The notes under the pieces: generated by a model | Seen by the model: the letters and a program-made list of their open reading frames with translations, nothing else | The model's database searches: none | What the model was told of the DNA's origin: nothing | Source: Vicugna vicugna | Lineage: Eukaryota | Direction: 5' to 3' | DNA: 64,000 nt | Assembly: GCA_013265495.1 (NCBI GenBank) | Contig: MU058463.1 | Coordinates: forward strand, 2,255,523 to 2,319,522 | Part shown: positions 10,996 through 24,549 of the stretch, piece by piece | How positions within the stretch are numbered: the stretch's first letter is position 1 | How the letters are laid out: the number at the start of each line of letters is the position of its first letter | Translations under genes and position numbers: made by a program

Positions 10996-11363
10996 TGTTC
11001 TTTAGCAGCCAGAGTTCAACCAAAGAGACAGAAGCAGTAGAAGATATATATGAAGAGATTTATTGCAAGGAACTGACTTACACTGTAGTGGGGGCTGGCT
11101 GGGCAAGTCCAAAATCCATAACATTGGCCACTGGAACTCCAGAAGAGTTCTAGAAGCTGCTGTCTACAGGCAGAATTTCTTCCTCCTAAGGTCACTCAAC
11201 ACATTGACTCATGCTCACTCATTGTAGAGGATAATCTCCTTTACTTAATCAACTGATTTTGGACTTAAATCATATCTAATACCTTCATAGCAATGCTTAG
11301 GTTAGTGTTTGATTGAATAATTAGGGGTATAGTCTAACCAAGTTGACACAGAAAACCATCACA
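10996..11363 (-). mobile_element. MLT2 (ERVL) solo LTR
   Basis: GAGATTTATTGCAAGGAACTGACTTACAC...GCAAGTCCAAAATC and terminal CCAAGTTGACACA..AACCATCACA typical of MLT2. Confidence 0.75.
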
Positions 11364-12509
11364 TGTTTATTCAAACACTACAAGCTGAAATTGTGTCTAT
11401 ATAATCAAGGAGAGAGAGAGAAGTTAGAACAGAAGAAAGGGAGGAAGTACCAGAGAGTTAGCTTTGAGATTTAACATGAATTTTCATATTAAGCATTTCT
11501 TATCATTCATTTTATACAGGTACTGTCATACATGGAGGCATCACCAGGCAACAGTGAGGAAAGATCTGAATTTTGATAAGCTACATCTCAGCTAACAATA
11601 TTTTCATTGAGCATTTTCATTTTTGCTTTCTTTGGCCATGAGCAACAAATGTGAGCAAATCAACAGCCATAGGGATTATGTATTTTAAATTGAGCTGACT
11701 CATGTTATTAAAGTGGTCTTTGCTTTACCTTGACGATGGGAGGCTGTTCTTTGACCACACTAAAGCAGGACTTTATGTGTTCTTTCCTTTTTTTCTTTGA
11801 AAGCCTGATAATCACTCTCATCATAGAAGAACAGGGTTGGCGCTGAGTATATTGACTATTATGACAGGTTTCTCTTGACTAACATGTGATCATTGTGTAA
11901 GAAGACAAACAGAACACTAGATGCGTGTAAAAAATACTAGAAGAGAAAAATGTCTCCAACATGTCAAGGTCTTCCTACCATGTTAAAGATCATGTGCTCT
12001 CTTTCTTCATAAGAGGAATCAGGCCTTATTTGTTGAACAGTCTGCTGTCAATTTGCTGCTTGACTATTAACAACATGGTAAAACATTAACAATAAGGTCT
12101 GCATGTAATCAAGTTGCCTGATTTCAGTATTGAGGCGAAAGGGCATCTAATAGCTGAAGGGACAAAATGACGACAGGAATCAGGGACTGACCAGATGCTG
12201 CCTTTCCAGAACTAGGAAGAAATACATACCTGTTTCCTAGCCTTAAGGTTCATGTGGGGAAACTACTAAGGGCCTGACAGAGCCAAAGTAAGCCGAGGTA
12301 ATGAAGAAAGGGGAGTTCCCTTTATATCTGGAAGTGATAGCCCAGAATAAATAAAATATTTATAATCTATCTCTCCTCACTTGGCAATCAAATGTAAAGT
12401 TCCCGTGAAATGTCTTCTAAATTCTCCTCATGAAAAATGATTGCTGAGAAATCTGGCATGATTTCCCCAACAAGGGCAAAGACCTCAAGCTCAGATATTC
12501 TCTATCCAG

Positions 12510-12877
12510 TGTCTTAGTCCATTTGCGCTGCTGTAACAGAGTACCATTGATCAGGTAGTTTATAAGCAATGGAAATTTATTACTCACAGTTCTGGAGGCT
12601 GGACTTCCAAAGTCAGAGTGCAGCACGGTCTGATTCTAGTGAGGGCACCCTTCCAGGTTTCAGACTGCTGATTTAGTGTACTCTCACATGGCCATAAGGG
12701 CCCTGAGGGATCTCTCAAGGGACTCTTTTATTATAGGGTCATTAATTCCATTCACAAGGGCTCTGACTCTGGACCTAATCACCTCCTAAAGACCCACCTC
12801 TTAATACTATCAACCTGGGCATTAGATTTTCTTCAATATTTGAATTTAGGGGGGACACAGATGTTCATACCATGCTA
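12510..12877 (-). mobile_element. MaLR LTR (MLT1A-like) with 5-bp TSD
   Basis: TGTCTTAGTCCATTT...CACAGTTCTGGAGGCTGG...CCTCTTAATACTATC; TSD TCCAG at 12505-12509 and 12878-12882. Confidence 0.85.
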
Positions 12878-13136
12878 TCCAGATGCTGACTTATAAAAAC
12901 AAAAGCATCAATGTTACAAAAACACTCACATACACATAAATATAGCATGTAGAGTAGAAAATCAAAAAAAATTTTTGTTCAAATGGGGCAAATGATTTGG
13001 CTTACTACAGGCCCCTGAAATTTCCTTAGAACCCAATTATTCGGAAAAGAGAAAAATGTTATGTTTTTATGGAGGCATAAAACTTCATTCATTTGAAGGG
13101 AAATTGCAGATCACCCATCTCAACACCTTCATTTTG

Positions 13137-13270
13137 TTTTGTGTTTGGGGGGAGGAGGAGGTAATTAGGTTTGTTTGTTTGTTTGTTTGTTTTTAATAGA
13201 GATACTAAGGATTGAACCTAGGACTCTGTGCATGCTAAGCATGCACTCCACCACTGAGCTATACCCTCCT
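13137..13270 (-). mobile_element. tRNA-derived camelid SINE (Vic-1-like) inserted in a MIR
   Basis: Reverse complement reads GGAGGGTATAGCTCAGTGGTGGAGTGCATGCTTAGCATGCAC...GGTTCAATCC; TSD TCTCAACACCTT(C/T)ATTTTG at 13118-13136 and 13271-13289. Confidence 0.9.
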
Positions 13271-13737
13271 TCTCAACACCTTTATTTTGAGGATATGGAG
13301 ACTGAGGCTCGGAGAAGTAAATGAAGCCTTAGAGAGCCGTCTGTGAAACTACCACTCCACTTTCAGCTTGGTTCAAATGTGATAACTCTAAACATTCCAG
13401 AATTCTCCACTGACTGTTCCCACCACATCCAATGAGAAACAGCCCTCCAAAACAGTACTAGTAAAAATCAAACATATAGAACTCCATCACATCAAGAACT
13501 CAACATGTCAAAATTTCTTTTGGAAGAAATGTTATAGTCAAATGTACTGCTACAAAAAAAGATTAATTCTAAGATTGTTGCCGATCCTCTCAGGGGTTGC
13601 TGCTTTGGAACAAATAAAACATCTTCTTTTTAAAATACAGTAAGTGGGCCCTCCAAAAATATAGTCTTTGAAAATACAGTAGGTGCCTAACATTAATTAT
13701 ATGCACTCAAACTTAAACAACAAACAATCCCAACTCC

Positions 13738-13746
13738 ATACATACA

Positions 13747-13780
<34 letters not shown>

Positions 13781-13782
13781 CA
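13738..13782. repeat. (CATA)n microsatellite
   Basis: About 10 tandem CATA units. Confidence 0.9.
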
Positions 13783-13884
13783 TGTGTGTCCATTCATATA
13801 AGGTGGGGATATAAGATGACCTAAGCACATAAAGCTAGCCGAGCCCCCACCCTGACCATGGGACTTTACCATGATTCCTGAAAC

Positions 13885-14060
13885 AGTACAGCCACATAGA
13901 TATACAATAGCCCCTAGCTACATGTGACCATTTAAATTCAAATTAATAATAAAAATTTGGTTCCTCAGTAACACTAGCAAGTGTCCGGTGGCTGCCATGT
14001 TGGACAGTGCTGATGAAGACCATTGGCAGCATCACAGCAAGTTCTATTGGACGTCATTGC
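13885..14060. mobile_element. hAT-Charlie MITE remnant (MER3-like)
   Basis: TAGCCCCTAGCTACATGTG...TTCCTCAGTAACACTAGC...GTTGGACAGTGC...AGTTCTATTGGAC. Confidence 0.65.
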
Positions 14061-14919
14061 CCAAACAACGATTCTCTTACTTGTCATCTTAAATTACCCT
14101 CCTTCATTTACTTCCTGAATTATCCGCATAATTTTCTAATAGCTTTTGTCCCAACTATGACATACCTTGGCAATGTGACTCCTGAGTAAGTCACTTAACT
14201 TGCTGAGCTGGTTTGTTCATCTTTAATATCTGAATACGAATTCCTTCCCTATCTGTCTTACAGGTTGTTGTGAAGTTCAAATGAAAAGTAACCATACACA
14301 TATCAAGTATAATTTGTTTCTGATGGCCTTTTCCTTTCTTTCACTTTCTAGTGACTGCCAGAAGAAAAAAAAAAGTAATGTTTAACACCTTTTACTTAAA
14401 ATGTGGAATAAATATTACAATTTAGGGAAGACAGAGACTACCTAAAAGAACCCAGAAGCTGGTTAGGCCTCCCAGCTGCACTACATCTTATTTTTTTCTA
14501 GGTTAAATGACTGGGCTTATGCCCTACATGAGTCATCATCAAATAAGTAATAGACTCCAGTGTGCGTAACCATAGAAAGTACATCAGTTGTCATCCAAGA
14601 GTAAAACTATTCCAGAGTATATTTGTTAATCATTATAATTATGGTAATAATAGCTAACATTGAAGGCTGCCAGCCATTTTGCCAAGTGTTTCATATATGT
14701 GTGTGTGTGTGTGTGTGTATGTATACACATACATACACACCCCTATATACATATACATATATTTCTTACTATATTTCACAGCAAACATATGCAGCAAGTA
14801 CTGTGGTCATCCCCATTTTATATATCAGGAAACTGAGACTTAGAATCTTAAGGAATTTACCAAAATTACTAACCAAGTGGGGGAAGGGGAATTTGCTGGA
14901 TTTTTTGTTTTAACTTTTA

Positions 14920-16200
14920 AGAATTTTTATTGAAATAAACATACATACAGAAACGTATGAAATTCCTCTGTACAGCACAAAGATTTTTCATAAGCCGAAC
15001 AAACCCATGTAAGCAGCACTCATGTTAAGAAATAGGATATTTCTAGCACCCCAGAAAACTGCTTGGCCCACTTCCTCTCTCTACTCTCATACGAAAAGTA
15101 ACCGTAATTCTGACTTTTAATACTTGGGTATAAGGTTTTGACCTTATATACATGTAATCATACTGTCTGTGCCCTTTTGCGTCTGATTCTTTTGCTTAAC
15201 TTTATGTTTGTAATATTTATTCACACTGTTGAGTGTGGTGGTAGTTAGTTCATTTTTGTTGTTGTATAGCATGCCATTATGTGTATACCATACTCTATTT
15301 ACCTGTTTAACTGAATAAATACAGTTGATGGACATTTGGGTTGTTTATAGTTTGGGACCTGTAGTAGTTTCCTAGGGCTGTTGTGAGAAAGTATCACAAA
15401 CTGAGTGGCTTAAGCAACAGAAATTGATTTTCTCACAGCTTTGGAGGCTAGAAGTCAGAGACAAGATGCTGGCAGGGCTGTTCCTTTGGAGGGATGTGAG
15501 CAGGAATCTATTCCATGCCTATCCTCTAGCTTCTGGTGCGTTACTGGCAATCTTTGATGTTTCCAGTCTTGTTGAAGCATTACCCCAATCTCATCGCATT
15601 CTCCCTGTGCACACGTCTGTGTCCAGATTTCCCCTTTCTGAAAGATCCCCAGTCACGTTAGATTAGAGACTCACCCAATTTCTGTACAACCTCATCTTAA
15701 CTAACAACGTCTGCAATGACCCTACATCCAAATAAGAGCCCAGTCTGAGATATTGGGGTTTAGGACTTCAACATTCAATAGATGAACTGTAGGGGGTGGA
15801 CACAGTTCAACCCATCATTGGGCTATCGTGAACAATACTGCAAAGAATATTTTTGCACATATACTGGTGAATATATGTACTCACTTCTGATGTATATATT
15901 CCTATGAGGGGATATGCTTGGATTATACAGTATGTATATATATTCAGCTTTAGTAGATACTGCCAGATGGTTTTGCAAAATGGTTATACCAATTCTCCCC
16001 CCTCTCATCAATGTCTGAGAATTTCAGTTGAGCCGTTGCCTCACAAGCATTAGGTATCTTCCATCTTTTTTATTTCAGCCATTATGATGGGAAAATACTT
16101 GCATCTAATTGTGATTTCAGTTTAGATTTTCCTGATAATTAATAAAGTTGAACTCCTTTTCAATATCTTTATTGACCATCTAGAGATCATTTTTGTTGAT
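14920..16200 (-). mobile_element. Old L1M 3' region interrupted by a MaLR LTR
   Basis: L1 antisense motifs GTTGATGGACATTTGGGTTGTTT and ATACTGCCAGATGGTTTTGCAAAATGGTTATACCAAT, continuing across the MLT1 insertion. Confidence 0.7.
15360..15817 (-). mobile_element. MaLR LTR (MLT1C-like)
   Basis: TGTAGTAGTTTCCTAGGGCTG...CACAAACTGAGTGGCTTAA...GGACTTCAACAT...CACAGTTCAACCCA. Confidence 0.8.
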
Positions 16201-17155
16201 TTGTTCATTTGCCTGTTTTTTTTTAATTGAATTGCCTGCATTTGTCTCAGATTTGCAACAACTCATTATTTTTCTGGAAATACTCTGTGTCATATTTACA
16301 TATATGTATATCCTTTTGTGTTAGGAACCAAGCTTCAGGCAAGTGGACAGATCTAGATGATTTGCTTCACTTTCTGTCTCCTTCTCGTCTACATGTATTT
16401 AAAATGCCAAAGGTAGTGGGGGCTGGGGCAGGCGGGGAATCGTACTCTAAAATATGGTCAGGAGGAATAAATGGGTGCAGAACTATCCATCAGTATCTGT
16501 TCTATTTGAATATATATATTTTTTAAATCTGACTTTAGTTTCAGAGAGTGAGAGTGTGCATGTTTATCAGTGTGTGTGTAAGATTGTCCATCTCTGTCTG
16601 TGTCTCTATGTCTTTTCCTTTCAATGTTGCCTTCAAAAGGCTTTAGCCATTTGGCCTGCTCACCTCTCTTATGTACAGCTTTCTGTCTGGGCTCACATCC
16701 TCTGCCTTCAGGCGCTGGTTGTAGAGAACAGGCTGCGTCGCTCTCAGTACTTAACATGGGACCTTGCGTAAAGTAGGCCCTCATTATTGATTTGCTGGCT
16801 GTAATTGATTGAAGCCTCTGTTTCATTGCTGTGTGATAGATGCATAGCATCTATTCTTAGAATGCTGTCTTATTTTTAAAGACCTTTGAACACTAACAAG
16901 GAAATATTCCAAGACGCAACAAAAATGTCATGCTTTGTAAATGAGGTTTAGGAAATCTCCGATAGTGCTCTATGAAATTTTCCCTGACTTAACTTAAATG
17001 TAAATAGAACTGGGTCTGACCATATCAATGGCGCTTCACTAATGATCTCCTTCCCACTTTCATTTATCATTACAGATAGAGTCTCTTATGATCCTCAGCC
17101 TTGCGTTCGTTCTATAATTGGTTAGAACTCTACTAAAGAATTTTCATGGGGTACT

Positions 17156-17585
17156 TTTTATTGTGGTAAAAAATATATAAATTTTATCATTTAACTATTT
17201 TTAACTGTTCAGTTCAGTGGCATTGCTAGAGTCACACTGTTGTGCAACCATCACCACCATTCGTTTCCAGAACTTCTTCCTAGTCCCAAACTGAAATTCC
17301 CTACCATTAAACTCTAACTCCCCTATCCCCTCTCCCTTAGCCCCTAGCAACCATCATTCTAATTTTTCTCTATGAATTTAACTATTCTGAGTACCTCACA
17401 CAGGTGGAATATACAATACTTGTCCTTTTGTGTCTGTCTTTTTACACTTAGCTTAATTTCCTCAGGTTTATCCATGTATCAGAATTTCATTCCTTTTTTA
17501 AGGCTGAATAATATTTCATTATCTGTATATACCACACTTTGTTTATCCATTCATCCATCAATGGACATTTGGGTTGTTTTCACCT
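17156..17585 (-). mobile_element. L1MA/MB 3' end
   Basis: TTTATTGTGGTAAAA...GTTGTGCAACCATCACCACC...CATTCATCCATCAATGGACATTTGGGTTG. Confidence 0.8.
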
Positions 17586-19904
17586 GGGTTAGTTTATTTA
17601 ATCTTCACAATTACTAACCCTGGCAGACCTGAATTTGGAAGCTGGCTCTGTCACTTATACAGCAACTGACTTGGCCACGCTGCATTTTCTCTTTGCATAT
17701 TAATTTTCTCATTTGTAAAATGGGAATGAAATTACCCACCTGATTAGACTGAAGTGAGGGTTTAATAAGATAACAAAATACCTAGTGTAGTGCCTGCCAG
17801 ATGTTCAATAAATAGCAGCTAGGAACATAAGGATTCACGCTGATGGTAAATAATTCAAAAGTCTGTTCCATACATTGCAGAAGTCCAGACCAATGTATGC
17901 AATGCCGTCCCTGCTTTATGAAAAACTCATCTTAGGTCATATACCTATGGGCTATCCAAAAGGTATTTTTTGGCTTCTAAAGTACTCAAATCAATGAAGG
18001 AAGAATCATTTGTGAAACATGTACTTTCTACTCCATCCACAATCTGTTTGTCAACCTCAGAGGAGTTAAAATGTCAGTTCAAAGAGTTCAGTTTTAAGGA
18101 GTACCAATGATTTGTTTCTTCAGGGAAAAAAAGTTTCATTTTGTTTATCTGACAAATAAGTAAAATCATATCTTTCAGGAATATGGACTTAATAACTTAT
18201 TAGAAACTAAAGCATCTTCAAAGTCAGCTATGACTAATCTAATTCTCAGAGTGAGCATCTGGGAAAATAAAGAGCCAAAGTTTTCAGGAGAATTTTTTAT
18301 AAACTTCATAACAATCTTGATTTTGAGTGCCTCAAATACCAAATATTAATATAAACCAGAAAGAAGTTTTAAATATGCTTTATAATTTTAATAACTAAAG
18401 TTTTACAGTAAATGTTTTTCTGATTATAGAAAATTTGAACATACAAAAAAGATAGACAAAATATTTACTTCTGGTCTGTTTTCCTAAGCACAGGGGACAG
18501 AGGGGATTAAGCATAATGAATGATCCTCTGTATTCAATTTTATATCCCTTTCACTTAACCTTATAGTTCAATAACTTACATAGGATTTTTCTAAAGTGAT
18601 GAGAAACTCTTCATGAACACATTGATAACTGATCATGCTTCTTAAACCTTTCCTAGGCAAATTATTTCAAGAAAGGAAATATAGCAAAGCAATTAAGAAT
18701 GTGAACTTCAAACAAATTTCTACATTCAAATTCCAATCCCACAAGGTGCCAGCATAAACTTGAGTAAGTTACTTCTCTGTATTTCAGTTTCTTCACTAAA
18801 AACATGGAAATATTAATAGTATACTTATCTGATAGGATTGGTATAAGAATTAAATATGTTAATTTTTAACACACTGAATATATATAAAATTATTAAGTAC
18901 ATGTAAAATGCCTTAATAGTGCCTCACATATGCTAAGCATTCTATAAATATTACCTACTATTATTAGCTATTTAAAATCCTTGGTATGGTACACTAAAAA
19001 CTGAAATTGCAAAACAAGATAGATTCAATTGACTAAATTTAAAATCTGTAACATTATTTATAGATAACTTATTTATAATGCTTTCTTAGTTTAAAATGTA
19101 ACATAATTTATAAAGTATTTCAGATAAGTACTATCAGACTTCTAATCCCCAATTTTTAATGTATGGACTACCTTTGTGATTTTGTTTTTCACTTGTCAAA
19201 GGGATATACATCTTCACTGAAAAATATAATTTGTCAGATCTCCTAATGAAAAGCCCTTAAAAATACAAGTGAAAATCAATAAAATTTAAATTTTGATTCC
19301 TCATTTCACTAGCCACTTGGTCATACCAGCCAACTCAATAGCATATGTGGCTAGTGGCTGATAGAAAGAGCTGATACGGAACATTTTTGTTTACTTGTAA
19401 TGTTTTGTTTGTTTGTTTCAGTTTTATTGAGATATAATTGACCTCTAGCACTGTATAAGTTTAAAGTATGCAGCATAATGACTTGACTTACATATATTGT
19501 GAAATGGTTACCACGATAAGTAAGAACTCTTTTCTAAACATAATCACAATCCATTATTATAGCTAAAAACAAACAAACCTAACAGCAGTTCTTAACATTA
19601 TCAAATATAGTCATGAAACAAAAAGAAACAAGTAAAAAAGGCCAGCTATTTTTCTGACTTTAATACCAGATTTCAAGGTTAGCAAGCACATGTGCTATTG
19701 TCATCAATTCAAGGTCACTGATCATTTGATGTCAGAAACACTATGGATCAATATTCAGGAAATGAGAGCAGTATGTTTTATCTATTATTTGCTAACAATA
19801 ACAAAAAAAAAAGCTTAATAAACAAACTCAAAAATAACCAATACAAACAAAAGTAATTTAGGCTATCCAATTATTCAAAACAGGCCAAGTAATTCTAATA
19901 ATAA

Positions 19905-20605
19905 AAACAAGTTGCCACCTTACACCAGTTAGGATAGCTACTATCAAAAAAAAAAAAAAAACCCAAAAAGTATGTGTTGGTGAGAATGTGGAGAAATTGG
20001 AACCCTTCTGCAATGTTGGTGAGAATGTAAAATGGTACAGCTGTTGTGGAAAGTAGCATGACATTTCTTTAAAAAATTAAAAATAGAACTACCTTATGAT
20101 ACAGCAATTCCACTTTTGGGTATATGCTCAAAAGAACTGAAAGCAGAGACTCCAAGAGGTATTTGTACAATCATGTTCATCACAGCATTATTCAGAATAG
20201 TTAAAACATGGAAGCAGCTCAAGTGTCCACGGATTAATGAATGGATAAGCAAAATGTGATATATAGGTACAATGGAATATTATTCAGCCTTAAAAAAGAA
20301 AGGAAATTTTGACATATGCTACAACATGGATGAACATAGACATTGTGTTAAGTGAAATAAGCCAGTCACAAAAGGCAAATACTGTATGATTCCATTTATA
20401 TAGGGTACTTAAAGTAGTCATAATCACAGAGACAGTAGTAGAATGGTGGTTGCCAGGGCCTGGCAGTTTTGCAAGATGAAAAGAATTCTGGAGTTGGTTG
20501 ATGATTGCACAACAATATGAATGGACTCAATACTACTGAACTATCACTTTAAAATGGCTGAGATGCTAAAGTTTATGTTATGTGTATTTTACCACAGTAA
20601 AAAAG
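19905..20605 (+). mobile_element. L1MA/MB ORF2 end and 3'UTR
   Basis: CACACC-like start, TGTTGGTGAGAATGTGGAGAAATTGGAACCC, CAGCAATTCCACTTTTGGGTATAT, AAGTGAAATAAGCCAGTCACAAAAGG. Confidence 0.85.
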
Positions 20606-22613
20606 ATTGGGAAAACATGATGCACTATACTATGCTCTTTGCAACAGAAGACAAACTGTATAAAGGGTGAAACAAGATAGATTAATAAGTATTTTGCACG
20701 TGTACTTGCAAATCTAGCATATACAAATATAGGAAGGATTCCTGTATATTTTGAACAATATTAGTCACAGGGAAGTCATTTTTGCTTCGAGATTTTATAA
20801 TTTCCAGGTAATGTGGAGAAAATAATAGTAAAAATGTGAAGAAAACATAAAAAGTTGATGATAAGTGCTTGCACTGATGGAAGGAAATAAGTTGACTCCA
20901 TTAAAACATCCTACTCACAGGCCAGAAGTGAGGGACAGAGGAATGGATTGTGAAATAGTCAGCTTGTCTGGCACAGAGATTCAGGAACAGAGATAAACAG
21001 GCAAGATATACTATCATTCAAATTGAGGTTACTAGTTTGACTTACTATATGGATTAAGAAATTTGATAGCCACCGTAGAATTTTATAATAAAGAGAAAGA
21101 TAAAGAAAAGGTCAGAGAATTAAGGGTATAGGAAAAACAAAATATAAAACAAAACAGGAAACATAGCTGAATACAGACTCAATTGGTTCTGATGAGATAT
21201 GTGTATAAATTTGAGTTACATGTAATATCTTAATTTTTTTAATCTGCAGGCATTTCTAAAATGAACTATATGAACTCTGAGATCCTGACCACATCTAAAT
21301 TTGATATTCAAAGTTTCGGCTGCCTTTTGAAATTTTAATTTGCATTCTAACTCTGCTTCACTGGGAAGTAACTTCTTAGCTTTTCAGTATTTTTAAATTC
21401 AATTCTTCAGGACTTCATCCAGGTATTCTTTCTTTTACGGAGAACTTACAACAATACTTCATGATATTGTCGTATATAGTGAGGTCACAAAAAAAAGTCA
21501 AATACCTTGTCTGCTTTCAAGGAGCTCACGCCCTTATTGCAAGGGTAGAGAGGAATAAAGGTAATTCCTTTACCTTAAAGAATAAGAAGGAGTGAGGTTA
21601 AGAAGAGGGCTAAAGATTTCAAGAAGGAGGAATTTTGAAAGTGCACAAGTAGAACCTGGGAAATGAGACTGCACAGTGCCTGCAGAAATTGCTTGTAACT
21701 AGGTATTCTTGGGGAAAAGGGTGGCACAATTAGGAGATGCCGCATAATTAAGAACTCTATTTGGTGTGCCAAGGAACATGTATTTTATCCTGAGGGCAAG
21801 GGGAAATCAGTTAAGGACTCCAATTATGAATGTGACAGGATAAATACGAATTTACAACAATTAATCTGAGAATCAGGTGGAAATGTGTTCAGGAGATTAG
21901 AGGCACGTAGGCCAAGTGAAGGAGAGTTAAAGTAATCCGGCAGGAGTTATGTTTACCTGGATCGAAGCAGAGAAGGTGGGCTCTTGTAGGCAGGGACAGA
22001 CCCAAAGATGGTGAGGAGGTAGAACTGTCGAAACCTGGTGAAGGTCCCACCCTAGGAAATTGCTTGATCTGGAGAGGGATCTTGAGGCAGATAGTTCAAT
22101 AAAATTTCCTGGGTAATGCTCTTGATTAGACAGGAGTGAAACCCACAAGTGCAGATTGCTTCTCAAAGAGCATGCATGTCAGAGAAAAGAAGAGAGGATG
22201 GCAGTGAGAGGGTCATAGGGAGCCTTTGGTTAAAGATCAAAGAGCTATGACTGTTCACCTGCCAAAGGAAGAGAACCAGTGGGGAGGGAGAAGCTGGAGG
22301 AGCTGAGATCACAGAATTCATCTTGCAGGAACATGACTTTCAATGGGAGCAGGATCTCAGTTCTGAGATAGGAACTAAAGAAGAAAGCGTAGGAAAATGG
22401 ATGCAGACAGCTAGGGAGGGAGAGATAGGGACAAGGTTGAGGGAATTCTACCTTCCACACTTCCACCACCGGTGACCCCGCCTCCACTCCATGCAGGTGG
22501 TGAAAGGGGGTTCATGAGATAAAGATCAAGAAAGAAAGATAAAAGAACCTATCAGGAAAGAAACTGTGTTTGTACAGGTGCCAGTGGACACACTATGTTA
22601 TTTTCTTCCTGGG

Positions 22614-22842
22614 TGGTTACCAGATTTAGCAAATTAAAAAAAAAATACAAGACCCCCAACTAAATTTGAATTACAGGTAAACAGTGGATAACTTTTTAGT
22701 ATGTCTCATGCAATATTTAGGACATACTTAAACTTACTCATTTATTCTCAATATTAAGTTTGCACATGCTTTAAAAATTTTTTCATTAGTTTTATGAAAT
22801 TTAAATTTAACTGGGCATCCTGAATATTACCCAGCAATTCTA
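22614..22842. mobile_element. MER53 palindromic hAT MITE
   Basis: GGTTACCAGATTTAGCAAAT...AAATTTGAATT...AGTATGTC..GCAATATT..GGACATACTTA...AAATTTAACTGGGCATCCTG...GCAATTCT matches recalled MER53 consensus. Confidence 0.75.
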
Positions 22843-23225
22843 TATGAGGACTTGAAAAACTGGATGTGAGGCTTACGGCCTAATGCTTAAAGTCAAGGTT
22901 GAAGTTTACAATGAAAATAGTACTCTTCATTTATTAATCCTTACTTGATTTGCAAGCATGACTCACTGTCAGCAGACAGAGCCACAAGCACATTCTCATA
23001 ACATGGCACCAACTACAAGCAAGACTGATTCACTTGTGACTGCTGAGCTGATTCTTTCCTGCTTCTGGCCCATTTCCAGAAACATCCCCCTTCACCTCTC
23101 ATTCTGGGAATCAGTGTTTCCTAACAGTGAATCATCTGTTAGGTTTTTGTTATCCAAATTTAAAAAAAATCTAATTATCTCTCTTAGACTACCCTAAACC
23201 AGCTACCCTGAGACTCGCTAAAATT

Positions 23226-23336
23226 AGAGATTAACCAGCTGTCCCAGTTTGCCCAGAACTGAAGTTTCCCAGGACTTGGGATTTTCAGTTTGAACACTGG
23301 AAATGTCCTAGGCAAAGCAGGGTGGTTAGTCATCTG
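23226..23336. mobile_element. MER81-like hAT-Blackjack MITE
   Basis: About 110 bp with inverted termini: ACCAGCTGTCCCAGTTTGCCCAGAACTGA...GTCCTAGGCAAAGCAGGG..GTTAGTCATC. Confidence 0.65.
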
Positions 23337-24549
23337 CCTCGATGATGGTAGATTCCTTTAAGCCAGAGATGTCTCCAAGTTGCTTCTTAAGCTTTAATTC
23401 TCACAGGAGGATTATAGTTTTTCTCAAAAAACCTTATCTGCATTACTTAAATTCTCTCTCTTCTATATAAAAGGTAGGAATTTATAAAGGAAAAGGTACA
23501 TTTTTCATATATTATGCCACATTACATTTTAGTTCTTAGGACATCCTTTCTAGAAAAGTATGTCAAGTATAAGATCATATTTTTTTCTAGGTTAATTAGT
23601 AATGCCATTTTTAAATGCTTGGGTCAAGGAAAGAGTTGATCCTTATAAGTAGGTTGACTTCATTCCTTAAGTACCAGTTTGGAGATATCCTATGATCCAT
23701 GAATAATATAGAATGACAAAATACATATTTATATATTGTATATATTTGTATACTACATGCAAAATATAAATTACTGGCAACCTGTCTTACTTTCTGAACT
23801 CAAAAATCTTAGTTTTGTGTCTTGAAGTAAAGTACCCTCTTACAAATTTCAAGGAAATTTGCATTCCACTGGCTCAAGCATATCTTTACCACAGGGCAAA
23901 ACAAAGACAACATAATTTTGGAGTCATGCATAGATCAATTAAAACCTTCATTATGATGGCAATGCTAGGGTCCTGATTTACAGTTGTAAGAGAAGCTAGC
24001 TGCCAAACCAATCCTGATTCTCTTCTTACTTAACAACAGAACTTTGATATTATTCCAGGTAGCAACATGACCAGCCAATGAAGTCCCTTCACAGCCCCAG
24101 CTCAGCTAGACATGGAATCTGAGCTAGTGCCTAAGCTGGTTATGTACTTACCGAACACCCTAACTTATGGCCTCCTACCCAAAGCACCCCCAACAGCCCG
24201 AGCTCCAGTCATAAATGAACCTTAACCCAACAAGCAATGTCCCAGAGAGGTTCCAAGTCTTGGAGTCGACCTTCTCATCTCGACTCAAGGTCTTCTAGCT
24301 GTCAAAGTAATGAAGTTTATAAACGAAGGTATGATAAAATTGGAAATTAGTCTTTGTTCTTGGTTTTCTTTCTTGTCAAGATACACTTGGACACCCAAAG
24401 GCTTAATTCATAGATGTGTGTGTATATATGTATGTGTGAGAGAGACAGACAAAGGAGGAAGAAGGAGAGGGAGGGGAAGGGACAAGGAGAAAGAAAAGGA
24501 GAAAGAGAGAGAAAGAAACTTTAGTAAAGTAGTAGCCTATTAAAAATAC

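Noticed and set aside
13137..13270. tRNA-Ala gene (also 4008-4097 and 4685-4840)
   Set aside because: These are SINEs, with A-rich tails, TSDs, non-tRNA 3' extensions and broken cloverleaf pairing.
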